In this document: positions 29,772 to 39,923 of the stretch, piece after piece
Numbering within the stretch: position 1 is the first letter of the stretch
Layout of the letters: the number at the start of each line of letters is the position of its first letter
Source: an uncultured Nitrospinaceae bacterium
Lineage (GTDB): Bacteria > UBA8248
Direction: 5' to 3'
Assembly: GCA_964005815.1 (NCBI GenBank)
Contig: CAXFSR010000043.1
Span: 99,307 to 163,306 of the forward strand
Length of the DNA: 64,000 nucleotides
Program-made: the position numbers and the translations under genes
The notes under the pieces: model-generated
Told to the model about the DNA's origin: nothing
What the model saw: only the letters and a program-made list of their open reading frames with translations
Database searches by the model: none

Positions 29772-30656
29772 ATGGCATTTATAAAGAGTAACAACGTTGA
29801 CCTATATTACGAAGAAACAGGAAAAGGAACTCCCATCATTTTTGTTCACGAATTTGCTGGTGATTATAGGAGTTGGGAACAACAGGTTAAATTTTTCTCT
29901 AAAAACTATAAAACTATAACCTACAACGCACGCGGATTTCCTCCATCCGAAGTCCCAAAAAATGTTGAGAGTTATAGCCAAGACCTTGCATTAGAAGATC
30001 TTATAAACGTTATAAAAGAATTGTCGATAGGTCCTTGTCATGTAGTTGGTCTTTCTATGGGCGGATTTGCTGCTCTATACATTGGCATGAAATACCCTGA
30101 ACTAACTCGTTCAATTGTAGTTGCTGGATGTGGTTATGGTTCCGTTATAGAACAACAAGAAAATTTCAGAAAAGAAGCCTTAGAAGTTGCAAGAAGATTT
30201 CGGACAGAAGAAATGAATAATTTTGGTAAAGTTTATACTGCAGGACCGACGAGAGTACAATTAGAGAGAAAGAATCCTGCAGAATACAAGAAATTTGTTA
30301 CACATTTTCTAGAACATTCGTCTGAAGGCTGTGCTCTGACTATGGAAGGATTGCAGAGTGCTAGACCCTCCATATATGAATTTGAGAATGAACTCAGTAA
30401 AATGACCGTTCCAACAATGATATTAACTGGTGACGAAGATGAACCTTGTTTGGAACCAGGATTATTCTTAAAAAGAACAATTTCCACTTCTGCGTTAGTG
30501 ACTTTTCCTAATGCAGGTCATCTTATTAACTTAGAAGAACCTGATATGTTCAATCTCATTGTTCAGGATTTCATCAATCAAGTTGACAAGGGAATATGGC
30601 CAAAAAGAGACGAACGTTCTAAAAGCAACTCTGCTTTGCTTGGAGAAAATTCTTAG
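29772..30656 (+). CDS. Alpha/beta hydrolase
   Basis: FVHEF, GLSMGG nucleophile, GDED, GHLINLEEP. Confidence 0.9.
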   Translation: MAFIKSNNVDLYYEETGKGTPIIFVHEFAGDYRSWEQQVKFFSKNYKTITYNARGFPPSEVPKNVESYSQDLALEDLINVIKELSIGPCHVVGLSMGGFAALYIGMKYPELTRSIVVAGCGYGSVIEQQENFRKEALEVARRFRTEEMNNFGKVYTAGPTRVQLERKNPAEYKKFVTHFLEHSSEGCALTMEGLQSARPSIYEFENELSKMTVPTMILTGDEDEPCLEPGLFLKRTISTSALVTFPNAGHLINLEEPDMFNLIVQDFINQVDKGIWPKRDERSKSNSALLGENS

Positions 30657-30678
30657 GAGTAAATTAAAGGGGAAGAAA

Positions 30679-31443
30679 ATGAAGGAGAAAATACTCGAAG
30701 GTAAATTAGCAATTATATCCGGAGCATCTTCGGGAATAGGTGCTGCTATCGCCAAAAGATTTAGCGATGAAGGTGCTTCTGTTTGGCTTGCAGGAGGAAG
30801 CAATAAAGAAAGCCTTATGAAAGTAATTACAGAATCAAAAAAACCCATTAATAAATGTGGGGGAGATAACTACGATCTTACAGATGGCAAAAGAGCTATA
30901 CAGATGATTGAAGATGGTCTCAATTTCCTTGGAGGCATCGACATACTAGTTAATTGTGCTGCCATGAGATGCAAAAGCTCTTTCACTGAGTTTACAAACC
31001 AGAATATTGACGATCTTTTCGAAGTCAATGCAAAATCTGTTTTTTATGCAACCAGAGAAGCCGCACGTACAATGGTCCCTCAAGGAAGCGGAAAAATTCT
31101 CATGATAGGCTCTATAGATGGAGAAAGAGGAATTGTAAAAAACGCTTTGTATAGCACAACAAAAGTTGCAATGCACAGTCTCACTAGAGCACTTGCTGTT
31201 GAATTAGGACCACATGGAATCCGAACTAACTGTATTATGCCTGGAACAACCGAGAGTGAACGAGTCAAAGGTATTCACGAAGCAGATCCTGAATTTGCCG
31301 AAAGAAAATTAATTCTTATTCCAGCTAAAAGATTTGCTACACCAGAAGAAATGGCTTCCTTGTCTACATTTATAGTTTCCGACGAGAACGACTTCATGAA
31401 TGGTTCTTGTATTGCTTCTGATGGTGGAACTCTAGCAATGTGA
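30679..31443 (+). CDS. SDR, paralogue of 5986-6756
   Basis: SGASSGIG, YSTTK. Start moved to ATG 30679 (SD AGGGG) to avoid overlap with the upstream gene. Confidence 0.9.
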   Translation: MKEKILEGKLAIISGASSGIGAAIAKRFSDEGASVWLAGGSNKESLMKVITESKKPINKCGGDNYDLTDGKRAIQMIEDGLNFLGGIDILVNCAAMRCKSSFTEFTNQNIDDLFEVNAKSVFYATREAARTMVPQGSGKILMIGSIDGERGIVKNALYSTTKVAMHSLTRALAVELGPHGIRTNCIMPGTTESERVKGIHEADPEFAERKLILIPAKRFATPEEMASLSTFIVSDENDFMNGSCIASDGGTLAM

Positions 31444-31492
31444 TTTTTGATTTAGTTAATGTAAAAGCTCACCTTCAGAATTTTCTCAATCA

Positions 31493-32560
31493 TCACATCG
31501 CACGATGGTATTGTTTAGGAATATAAGATTTTTCTTTTTGACCTAGAGTTATAGCGGCACGGTATGGCCAATAAGGGTCTCGAAGAAATGCTCTGCCTAA
31601 GAAAACAACATCTGCCTGTCCGTTTCGGATTATTTGATCTGCTTGAAATGGTTCTGTGATCAATCCGACAGATGCTGTAGGAATAGCGACGCTCTTTCTA
31701 ATAGTCTCTGAAAAAGGCACTTGATAACCAGGCCCAACAGGAATATCAGCTTTTGGCGTTGAACCTCCCCCACTACAATCTATTAGATCAACTCCAATTT
31801 CTTTAAGCACCGAAGATAACTTGACCGTATCTTCTAATGTCCACCCACCATCAACATAATCCGAACATGAAAGCCTAATACAAAGCGGTTTGTCTTGAGA
31901 CCACTCTTCACGAACAATCTTTAAAGTGTCCACTGTAAATTTAATCCTATTCTCAAAGGGACCACCGTATTGATCTGTCCTCTTATTCGAAATCGGAGAA
32001 TGAAAACTATGCATTAAATATCCGTGAGCACCATGTACTTCGAGCAAATCAAAACCCGACTTTTCTGCACGAATAGTTGCAGTTCTAAACGCCTCTTGTA
32101 CTTGTTCAATATCAGCCGTATTCATTTCCCTTGGGATACGACCCTGCTCATGCATTGAAATAGCACTAGGCCCAATAGGTTCCCAACCACCTTCTTCGTC
32201 GGAAAGATAATGCCCACCCTCCCATGTGGTCGCACAACTTGCTTTTCTCCCTGCATGACCAATTTGAATTCCAGCAACAGCTCCTTGTTCTTTTACGAAA
32301 TCGGAAACTCTCGACAGAAAAGAGATATGTCCATCATTCCAAATACCTGTACATCCAGGAGTAATTCGCCCCCTAGACTCCACTCCTGTTGCCTCCACCA
32401 TAACTAAACCAGCTCCACCTGCAGCTCTAGAACCTATATGAACTAAATGCCAATTATTCATCTTCCCATCTTCAGCAGAATATTGACACATAGGGGAAAC
32501 ACCAATTCTGTTTCTCAAAGTTACTTCCTTCAATTTCATTTCTTCAAATAAATGAGACAA
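31493..32560 (-). CDS. namA: NADH:flavin oxidoreductase, Old Yellow Enzyme YqjM/NamA subclass
   Basis: SPMCQYSA, HAGRKAS, HGAHGYL, PGYQVP, C-terminal QYHRA. Confidence 0.85.
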   Translation of the reverse strand: MSHLFEEMKLKEVTLRNRIGVSPMCQYSAEDGKMNNWHLVHIGSRAAGGAGLVMVEATGVESRGRITPGCTGIWNDGHISFLSRVSDFVKEQGAVAGIQIGHAGRKASCATTWEGGHYLSDEEGGWEPIGPSAISMHEQGRIPREMNTADIEQVQEAFRTATIRAEKSGFDLLEVHGAHGYLMHSFHSPISNKRTDQYGGPFENRIKFTVDTLKIVREEWSQDKPLCIRLSCSDYVDGGWTLEDTVKLSSVLKEIGVDLIDCSGGGSTPKADIPVGPGYQVPFSETIRKSVAIPTASVGLITEPFQADQIIRNGQADVVFLGRAFLRDPYWPYRAAITLGQKEKSYIPKQYHRAM

Positions 32561-32595
32561 ATCAGAATCCTCCTGACGTAAAAATCATCTAGAAA

Positions 32596-33384
32596 TTAAG
32601 GAGTTGATCTCCTCGCACCACCGTCCATATATATGGAACTGCCAAAAACATAACTACATTTCTCAGAAGCTAAAAAAGCAACTACGGGACCTACTTCTTC
32701 CGGCTCACATATTCTTCCAGCAGGAAGAGAAGAACCTAGCTCTGACAAAATATCTTCCACATCTCTTCCTTCTTTTTTTGCACGAGGTTCGTAGATATCA
32801 CGTGCTCTTTGTGTATTTGTCATTCCTGGACAGACTGTATTAATCAAAATTCCTTCGCCAGCAACTGCATCGGAAATTGCTCTAGTCATATTTAAAATTG
32901 TAATATTCGCAAGACTTGTCGGTATATTCCCTCTTGTAGGACTAGTACCTGCTCCTCCTGCCACATTAATAATACGACCCCATTTTTTTTCTTTCATATA
33001 CGGAATTACCATCTGTGCAAGCCTAAGATAACCATAGGACTTAAGTCCGAGAGCATCATCTATAAGAGAAACGTCCAAATCAAGGATATCGCCTCCCTTA
33101 GCCGCACCAGCACAATTTACTAAAACATCAATACTTCCAAATTTATCAATACAGGCATCTACTACACTTATGCATCCTTCATGTGTAGATAGATCTGCAG
33201 AAACAAAATCTGCACTTCCACCCTCTTTCTTAATTTCTGCAACCGTTTTAGAAAGCAAATCTTCATTTCTAGCTGTAATCAGAACAGCACTTCCCTCTTT
33301 AGCAAGTTCAAACGCACATTCTCTACCTATGCCCCTACTAGCTCCAGTGACTATTGAAATTTTATCTTTTAAACCTAAGTCCAT
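32596..33384 (-). CDS. SDR family oxidoreductase
   Basis: MDLGL start at 33384 (AGGAG SD), TGASRGIG, NCAG. The canonical YxxxK is not evident (PTSLAN). Confidence 0.85.
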   Translation of the reverse strand: MDLGLKDKISIVTGASRGIGRECAFELAKEGSAVLITARNEDLLSKTVAEIKKEGGSADFVSADLSTHEGCISVVDACIDKFGSIDVLVNCAGAAKGGDILDLDVSLIDDALGLKSYGYLRLAQMVIPYMKEKKWGRIINVAGGAGTSPTRGNIPTSLANITILNMTRAISDAVAGEGILINTVCPGMTNTQRARDIYEPRAKKEGRDVEDILSELGSSLPAGRICEPEEVGPVVAFLASEKCSYVFGSSIYMDGGARRSTP

Positions 33385-33404
33385 CTGTATTCTCCTAAAG
33401 GGAA

Positions 33405-34493
33405 TTATTCTAGTGCTACTTGGCAAGGATTAGTCGCTTTATATTCTTCTTTTTTATGAGTAATCTCCATGGCTTCAGGAAGTTTATCTATGCCTGAAAC
33501 TTCATGAGTAACAAGAGACTTCAAATCAACCCTTCCCCCTGCAACCCAATCTGCTCCCAAACTAATAGTATCTCTGCCATGGCCCTCAGGAAAAATCCAA
33601 TTAATTCCCTGAGTCCTCATAAATACTGGATCTACATTTACACTCCCAACCAAACCCGCAACCTGAACAACCCTGCCTCCGATTCTAACCATCTCAAATG
33701 CTTGTTGTTTAGTCTCATGACCTGACAAACCTTGGTCAGGATTACCACCTGCGCATTCAAAAACAATATCTACACCCTTCCCCTTTGTTGCTTTGAGGAC
33801 TTCAGACACAGCATCTTTTTCTCTTGCATTAATTACGAGATCAGCGGCAAATTTTTCGCTCAAACTTAATGCTTCTTCTTTAACATCGGTCACAAAAACT
33901 GAACCTGCACCACACATACGAGCAGCTTGAAGAATATAAATGCCCATAACTCCTTGACCTGTCACCGCTACACTATTTCCAACTGAAATTTTCGAATCAC
34001 GTACTGCTGCTACAGCTGAGGAGAAAGGCTGAAGACATGCCACTGAAACATCATCTAAAACTTCGGGAACTTTAACTAATCCTTCTTCAGGAAGAGATAT
34101 CATTTCAGCAAATGCACCCGGTGTGTTTATTCCAACATGCAACTTATCGATACACCAAGGATCTTTTCCCTCTTTACACCAGTCACAAACCCCACAAGGA
34201 ATATGTCCAGATGTACAAACTATATCCCCTGGGCTGAGAGTGGACACTCCATCTCCTACTTCAACGACTTCTGCACTCATCTCATGCCCGAGAAGTTGAA
34301 CAGGTGCATGTTCCTCCAACTGTTTTTTTAAAAGTGCAGAATTAATTGTACCAATACCTAAGGCTCTTTGGACATCCGTAATACTTGGTTGAACTCTCCT
34401 TATTTTACAGACAGCATACCCAGATTTTGCTTTTGGATCAGGTACCTCCTCTAATCGCATATCACCAAACGCGTGAAAAACCCATGCTTTCAT
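33405..34493 (-). CDS. Medium-chain (Zn-type) dehydrogenase
   Basis: GHE, structural Zn motif CGVCDWC..C, G-x-G-x-x-G (GQGVMG). Confidence 0.88.
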   Translation of the reverse strand: MKAWVFHAFGDMRLEEVPDPKAKSGYAVCKIRRVQPSITDVQRALGIGTINSALLKKQLEEHAPVQLLGHEMSAEVVEVGDGVSTLSPGDIVCTSGHIPCGVCDWCKEGKDPWCIDKLHVGINTPGAFAEMISLPEEGLVKVPEVLDDVSVACLQPFSSAVAAVRDSKISVGNSVAVTGQGVMGIYILQAARMCGAGSVFVTDVKEEALSLSEKFAADLVINAREKDAVSEVLKATKGKGVDIVFECAGGNPDQGLSGHETKQQAFEMVRIGGRVVQVAGLVGSVNVDPVFMRTQGINWIFPEGHGRDTISLGADWVAGGRVDLKSLVTHEVSGIDKLPEAMEITHKKEEYKATNPCQVALE

Positions 34494-34589
34494 AGCTTGT
34501 GAATCCTCAAAATATGTTTAATATATAGAAACAAAAAAAAAGACTTTAACATTTTTCACATGCGAATTACACATTAGGAGAAAACAATA

Positions 34590-35645
34590 ATGCCTTCTAG
34601 TATTTTTGAATATAAAACATTGTTCGTATTTGTAGAGAGTGTCTTCACATCTCTAGGAGTATCCCGCTTAAACTCAAAAAAGTGTGCTGCACAAACTTTA
34701 GATGCAGAACTTAGAGGTGTAACCTCTCACGGTTTCGTTCGTCTCAATTCCTTTGTAGAAAGATTAAAAAAGAAAACAGCTAATCCGAAGCCAAAAATTA
34801 AAAGCATTACAAATCTTCCATCTTATTCGCTTTTAGATGGAGATAATGGATTAAGTGCTATTGTAGGTGAGGAAACTATGAAAACAGCTATAAAAAAAGC
34901 GAAGAGTGCAGGCTTCGGAGCGGCCGCTGTAAGAAATTCATTACATACTGGACATATTGGATATTTCGCAGCCATGGCACTGAAAAAAAATATGATCGGT
35001 ATAGTCATTAGTGGTTCAGTGGGAAATTTGGCTCCTTGGGGAGGTTCTGAAAGAATGATTGGAAACAATCCAATTGCTTTTGCAATTCCTTCAAATCAAA
35101 AGTTTCCCATTATTTTTGATATAGCTACTTCTAAAGTTGCAAGAGGTTACGTAATGTTAGCAGCTAAAACAGGAGAAGAAATACCTGATGGTTGGGCCTT
35201 AGACAAATCAGGAAAATCTACTACTAATCCAATTGAAGCTTTAAAGGGCACCATGGTTCCTCTCGGAGATCATAAAGGCTACGGTCTAGCATTAATGTTT
35301 TCTTTTCTCACTGCAACATTATCAGGAAATACATTCGACGGAGATCAGCCAGACTGGCTTGAAACAGATAAAATTTGCTCTCTGCCAATGTTATGCATTG
35401 CAATCGATCCTAAACAATGTCTTGGAAAAGAATATAAATCCAAGGTTGATACCATTGTAGAAAAAATAAAACAATCTAATCTAGCACCTGGTTATGATGA
35501 GATCTTGATTCCTGGAGAAAATTCTAATAAAAAATACGAAAAAAACCTAAAAAAGGGGTTAAGACTAAACACGAAACTAGTTCAAGAGATGAATAAACTT
35601 GCTAAGGAACTTGGAATAGAAAAATTGAATACTAACAATTCCTGA
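34590..35645 (+). CDS. Ldh_2 family oxidoreductase (ComC/AllD-like)
   Basis: AELRGVTSHG, GNNPIA, DIATS, HKGYGL, IPGE. Confidence 0.9.
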   Translation: MPSSIFEYKTLFVFVESVFTSLGVSRLNSKKCAAQTLDAELRGVTSHGFVRLNSFVERLKKKTANPKPKIKSITNLPSYSLLDGDNGLSAIVGEETMKTAIKKAKSAGFGAAAVRNSLHTGHIGYFAAMALKKNMIGIVISGSVGNLAPWGGSERMIGNNPIAFAIPSNQKFPIIFDIATSKVARGYVMLAAKTGEEIPDGWALDKSGKSTTNPIEALKGTMVPLGDHKGYGLALMFSFLTATLSGNTFDGDQPDWLETDKICSLPMLCIAIDPKQCLGKEYKSKVDTIVEKIKQSNLAPGYDEILIPGENSNKKYEKNLKKGLRLNTKLVQEMNKLAKELGIEKLNTNNS

Positions 35646-35735
35646 TAGCATTGAAGGTTTCATGAATTTCCCTTAATATTACCGACTATATTTCAGATTA
35701 ATTTTGAAACTATGAAAATATTTCAAGGAGATAAA

Positions 35736-36032
35736 ATGACAGTTACTGCAATGATTATTGAAAAAGGAGACCACGTCGCGACTTGTCTCTCTAAGGTAAA
35801 AAAAGGCGACAAGGTAAAACTTATGCATAATGGCAAGACTGGAAAAACTATCAAATCTAATTCCGCAATTCCATACATTCACAAGATTTGTATCTCCCCT
35901 ATTACAAAAGGAGAACACTGCATGAAGTATGGGTTATCTATAGGTATAGCGACTAAAGATATTAAAATTGGCGATTATATTCACGTACATAATATTGAGA
36001 GCGCCCGTGGTCGTGGCGATCTTGAAGTTTAA
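35736..36032 (+). CDS. UxaA/GarD SAF-domain small subunit (SuyA-like)
   Basis: DHVAT, IPYIHK, KYG..IG, GDYIHVHNI.S.RGRGDL. ATG 35736 has an AGGAG SD. Confidence 0.85.
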   Translation: MTVTAMIIEKGDHVATCLSKVKKGDKVKLMHNGKTGKTIKSNSAIPYIHKICISPITKGEHCMKYGLSIGIATKDIKIGDYIHVHNIESARGRGDLEV

Positions 36033-36045
36033 GTAGGAGGTAAAA

Positions 36046-37245
36046 ATGAAATCAAGAACATCATCAAATAAGAGACTAAGAAAAACATGGTGGGGATATC
36101 CTCGAGAAAATGGTGACGTTGGGTCAAGAAATTACCTATTAATTTTAAGTGGTACACTTTACGCAAATCCAACTTGCGAACGTGTTGCAAGAACTCTTCG
36201 GCATAGCATAGCTATCACTCACCCTCTTGGAAGATGTCAAATTGCTCCTGATCTGGAAAGAACATTTGAAACACTAGTTGGACATGGACAAAATGCAAAT
36301 GCTGGCGCTGTTATTGTAATTGACCATCATAGAGAAGAGGGTTGCACATCAGATGAAATTGCGCATGAAATTGCAAAAACTGGAAAAAGAGTAGAAGCAG
36401 TTAATATTAGAGAAAGTGGAGGTGCAATAGAAGCTACAGCTAAAGCTACTAGAATTGGAATGGAGATGTTAAGAGAACTTTCCACAGAACTTAGACAAGA
36501 AGTACCTCTAAGCAAACTTCTTCTTGGTTTAAATTGCGGCACCTCTGATACTACTTCTGGTCTTTCACATAATAAAGCTACCGGTTGGGTAACAGAAAAT
36601 GTCATAAAAGCAGGCGGAAGAGCTCTCCTTGCCGAAACAACAGAAATGATGGGAGGGGAAGGAGTTCTAGCAGACAAGTGCATTAAACCTGCGCATGGAA
36701 AAAGAATATGGAAAATGGTTGAAGAAATGGAAGAGAGAATTTTAGCATGTGGAGTAGATCTACGCGGCAGCCAACCAACAGGAGACAATATGGAAGGTGG
36801 TCTTACTACCATAGAAGAGAAATCCTTGGGTGCAATTCAAAAAGCAGGAAACGCGCCTATTGTAGATGTAATACCATGGGCAAAAAGAGCTAGCAAAAAA
36901 TCTGGCTTACACGTCATGGACACACCTGGCCACGGAGGGGAATCTATAACAGGAATTGCAGCTGGTGGCTCTCAAGTTCTTATCTTTTCAACCGGCGGTG
37001 GACATACAATAAATCATCCTCTTATGAATACGATCAGGATCACTGGAAATCCACTTTCCGCTAAACTTCAACGAGACACTACTGATGTTGAAGTTACAGA
37101 TATTTTTGAGGGAACACCAATAGAAGTGGCAGGAAGAAGAGTTTACGACGAGGTCTTAGATGTCGCGAGCGGAAAAATGACGAAAGCAGAAATTCTACAT
37201 GAGGATAACGCATTTGCTATCAATAGATGCGGACCAAGTGTATAA
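36046..37245 (+). CDS. UxaA/GarD family dehydratase/lyase large subunit (SuyB-like)
   Basis: GYPRENGDVGSRN, CGTSDTTSG, ETTEM.G.E, GGLTTIEEKSLG, MDTPG, FSTG, VASGK.TKAE. Confidence 0.88.
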   Translation: MKSRTSSNKRLRKTWWGYPRENGDVGSRNYLLILSGTLYANPTCERVARTLRHSIAITHPLGRCQIAPDLERTFETLVGHGQNANAGAVIVIDHHREEGCTSDEIAHEIAKTGKRVEAVNIRESGGAIEATAKATRIGMEMLRELSTELRQEVPLSKLLLGLNCGTSDTTSGLSHNKATGWVTENVIKAGGRALLAETTEMMGGEGVLADKCIKPAHGKRIWKMVEEMEERILACGVDLRGSQPTGDNMEGGLTTIEEKSLGAIQKAGNAPIVDVIPWAKRASKKSGLHVMDTPGHGGESITGIAAGGSQVLIFSTGGGHTINHPLMNTIRITGNPLSAKLQRDTTDVEVTDIFEGTPIEVAGRRVYDEVLDVASGKMTKAEILHEDNAFAINRCGPSV

Positions 37246-37850
37246 GTTTCTTTGACATGACGGAATCTATACAGACGCTCTCATACAAGGAAACTATAGA
37301 TAAACTTGCCCTCGAAGAAAAATCCGAGGGCTGGTTATCTTGGTGTGAAGAGAATCAATTATTCCAATATCCAGTTACAGAATGGATAGAGATCATAAGT
37401 AATATCATAAAAAAAACCGGTTCTAAAAAAAATTTAGAAATAGCTTCTGGTAATGGGATTATTGGAAACGCAATTAGAGATACAGGCGTGCCTATAGTAC
37501 TTTCCGATCTAATTAACAACAAAAGTATTGAAAATCTGGACGCAACAAGAGCATTGAAGAAATATAATCCAGATCTCGTTTTTACATGTTGGACACCATA
37601 TGATTCAGACATAGATTGTTTGATATTGAATCATCCAACCGTCACATGGTATTTGACTGTAATGCAAACTGGACCTGGATTTGTGGGAAACGAGTTGATA
37701 TGGAATTTTCCTGAATGGAAATTCAGAGAAATCCAAACTGCGAGTAAATTTTCAGTATCAAGAACAGATTTCCTTACAAAAGTAGACCATGGGGAACATA
37801 TTATCCATGGGAAAACTTTTTTATTTACAAGAGAAATGGAGAACAATTAG
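37227..37850 (+). CDS. Hypothetical protein, SAM-dependent methyltransferase-like fold
   Basis: LEIASGNG resembles SAM motif I; PDLVFTCW.PY. The start may be 37257. Confidence 0.5.
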   Translation: MRTKCISFFDMTESIQTLSYKETIDKLALEEKSEGWLSWCEENQLFQYPVTEWIEIISNIIKKTGSKKNLEIASGNGIIGNAIRDTGVPIVLSDLINNKSIENLDATRALKKYNPDLVFTCWTPYDSDIDCLILNHPTVTWYLTVMQTGPGFVGNELIWNFPEWKFREIQTASKFSVSRTDFLTKVDHGEHIIHGKTFLFTREMENN

Positions 37851-37852
37851 TT

Positions 37853-38908
37853 ATGCCTTCCAAAACTACCGCAGAATCCCTCGACAACTTTCTCAAGGAA
37901 GTTTTCTCTACTTTAGAAATGCCAAAAGTTGACGCTGAGTGGATTTCCGAAACACTTGTTCAAGCCGAACTAAAAGGAGTATCTAGTCACGGTGTAATTC
38001 GTATGCCGCAATATACGAAAAGATTAGAATTGTCTCTCGTAAATCCCAAACCAAAAATAACCACTATTAAAGATGCAGGTTCCCTTGCCTTACTTGATGG
38101 AGATAATGGGATGGGACAAATTGTTTCTAGAGATGCAATGCAAGACTGTATTCAAAGAGCAAAGGAACACAATGTAGGAGTTGTCTTTGTCAAAGAAAGC
38201 AACCATTTTGGAGCTGCGGCAACTTACACAGTGCAGGCCGCAAAAGAAGGAATGATTGGAATATGCACAACAACTACTATTCCGATTATGGCCCCAAGCG
38301 GCGGGAAAGAAGCAAAAGTGGGAAATAATCCTATTTCAATAGCTTTCCCATCAGAACCTATGATGGTTCTTGATATGGCACTTAGCAACGTAGCAAGAGG
38401 GTATGTTATTGAAGCTGCTAGGGCCGGAAAATCTATTCCGGAAAGCTGGGGCAAAGATGAAAAAGGGAACCCGACAACTGATCCTAACGAAGTTTTAAAG
38501 AGTTCACTATTATCCTCAATAGCAGAACACAAAGGAAGTGGTCTTTCGATAGCTATCGACGCTGTCCTTGCCAGTATTTCTGGATCTAGAAATAGTTCAG
38601 ATATAATAGGAATTAACGATTTTTCAGGGAAAAGTGGAGTCACTCATTTATTCATTGCAATTAATATTGAATCATTAACTCCAGTTAAAGAATTTTCAAT
38701 GGCAGCAAATGTTTTCCTCAATATGCTTAGAAACACAGAAAAAGCTGATGGAATTGAGAAGATTTATATGCCAGGCGAAATCGAAAATGAATTAGAAGCG
38801 GAACGTAAAAAGAACGGTTTCACAATATCCAAAGAACGTTTAAATGAACTTGATGAAATAGCTGACAGACTGCACATCAGTCCTTTAGAGAGAACGAGTA
38901 ATGACTGA
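37853..38908 (+). CDS. Ldh_2 family oxidoreductase (ComC/AllD-like)
   Basis: AELKGVSSHG, DGDNGMG, SNHFG, GNNPI, HKGSGL, MPGE. Confidence 0.9.
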   Translation: MPSKTTAESLDNFLKEVFSTLEMPKVDAEWISETLVQAELKGVSSHGVIRMPQYTKRLELSLVNPKPKITTIKDAGSLALLDGDNGMGQIVSRDAMQDCIQRAKEHNVGVVFVKESNHFGAAATYTVQAAKEGMIGICTTTTIPIMAPSGGKEAKVGNNPISIAFPSEPMMVLDMALSNVARGYVIEAARAGKSIPESWGKDEKGNPTTDPNEVLKSSLLSSIAEHKGSGLSIAIDAVLASISGSRNSSDIIGINDFSGKSGVTHLFIAINIESLTPVKEFSMAANVFLNMLRNTEKADGIEKIYMPGEIENELEAERKKNGFTISKERLNELDEIADRLHISPLERTSND

Positions 38909-39797
38909 AAATAATTTTAAAATTTACAGCGATTTTGCTTCAGAAATTGCAACTGAGGCTGGTCATGTTTTATTTAATCTTTTTGGAAAACAACTTAAAA
39001 CTAAATATAAGGATAAAAACAAAACAGACCCTGTAAGTGAAGCAGACATCGAAAGCCAGAGTTTGCTGACTAAGCGTATCAAAAGAAAATTTCCTGACCA
39101 TGGAATCCTTGGAGAAGAAACATTAGAAAACGAGAAAGCCGAAACTGCCATAAAAAACATGCCTGACTATCTTTGGATTTTAGACCCTTTAGACGGAACG
39201 AAAAACTTTTTAAATGGTATTTCTATTTGGGGTTGTTCAGTTGGATTGTTATTCAAAGGCGAACCAGTTGCCGGAGCAATTTTCCTTCCAGAAGTAACAA
39301 AAAAAAACGATTTTGTTATTTATAAAGCATCCCTAGGAGAAGGTGCATTTTTAGGAGATCAAGAAATTCATGTCACTACAGATGAAAAACCATCGGCAAA
39401 AAAAACTATAAGTGTACCAGGTTCTTTCGCCAATCAATTTAAAACATTAGGATCATTAAAAAATAATCTAGGCGAGATAAGAACAACAGGCTCAATTTCA
39501 TATGATCTTGCAATGGTTGCTAGAGGAAGTCTACATTATGCTTTGTTTGGAGTCCCAAGTATATGGGATGTAGCCGCAGGAATAATAATTTTGAAGGAAG
39601 CAGGCGGATCAGCTTTACAACAAAAATCTATTTTCAGAAAATGGGAACCCCTTCATAATTTCATAAACACCAATGAAACAGATAAAAAAATGGAGAATTT
39701 AAGAAATTGGAAATTACCTGTCATTGTTGGAAACAGTTCTATTTGCGAATATATAAGTTCTAGAATAAAGAAAATATCACGAAAAAGAAAATCATAG
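38901..39797 (+). CDS. suhB: Inositol monophosphatase family protein
   Basis: DPVSEAD, ILGEE, WILDPLDGTKNF, WDVAAG...EAGG. Confidence 0.8.
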   Translation: MTENNFKIYSDFASEIATEAGHVLFNLFGKQLKTKYKDKNKTDPVSEADIESQSLLTKRIKRKFPDHGILGEETLENEKAETAIKNMPDYLWILDPLDGTKNFLNGISIWGCSVGLLFKGEPVAGAIFLPEVTKKNDFVIYKASLGEGAFLGDQEIHVTTDEKPSAKKTISVPGSFANQFKTLGSLKNNLGEIRTTGSISYDLAMVARGSLHYALFGVPSIWDVAAGIIILKEAGGSALQQKSIFRKWEPLHNFINTNETDKKMENLRNWKLPVIVGNSSICEYISSRIKKISRKRKS

Positions 39798-39887
39798 ATT
39801 TTCTAAAATAATCATAATTTCCGGATATGTCATAAGAAGAAAAACCAACATAATAATAGCAATGATTAGCAACAAACAACTACTCAT
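39792..39887 (-). CDS. Putative 31-aa hydrophobic small protein
   Basis: Not in track. GGAG SD 6 nt before ATG; MSSCLLLIIAIIMLVFLLMTYPEIMIILENL. Confidence 0.45.
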   Translation of the reverse strand: MSSCLLLIIAIIMLVFLLMTYPEIMIILENL

Positions 39888-39923
39888 AATGTTCTCCAAT
39901 ACACAATCGTTTCTTATAAAGAT

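Noticed and set aside
30559-30678. N-terminal 40 aa of the track's 294-aa SDR
   Set aside because: Overlaps the upstream hydrolase; ATG 30679 has an SD and matches the paralogue's length.
36327-36812. 161-aa minus-strand ORF, and the many similar 60-150 aa ORFs antisense to or nested in longer genes (e.g. 5243, 19909, 25497, 38224, 44397, 45469, 55604)
   Set aside because: They lie opposite or within well-supported genes, have shadow-like composition (Ser/Ile/Pro/Phe-rich) and show no family motifs.
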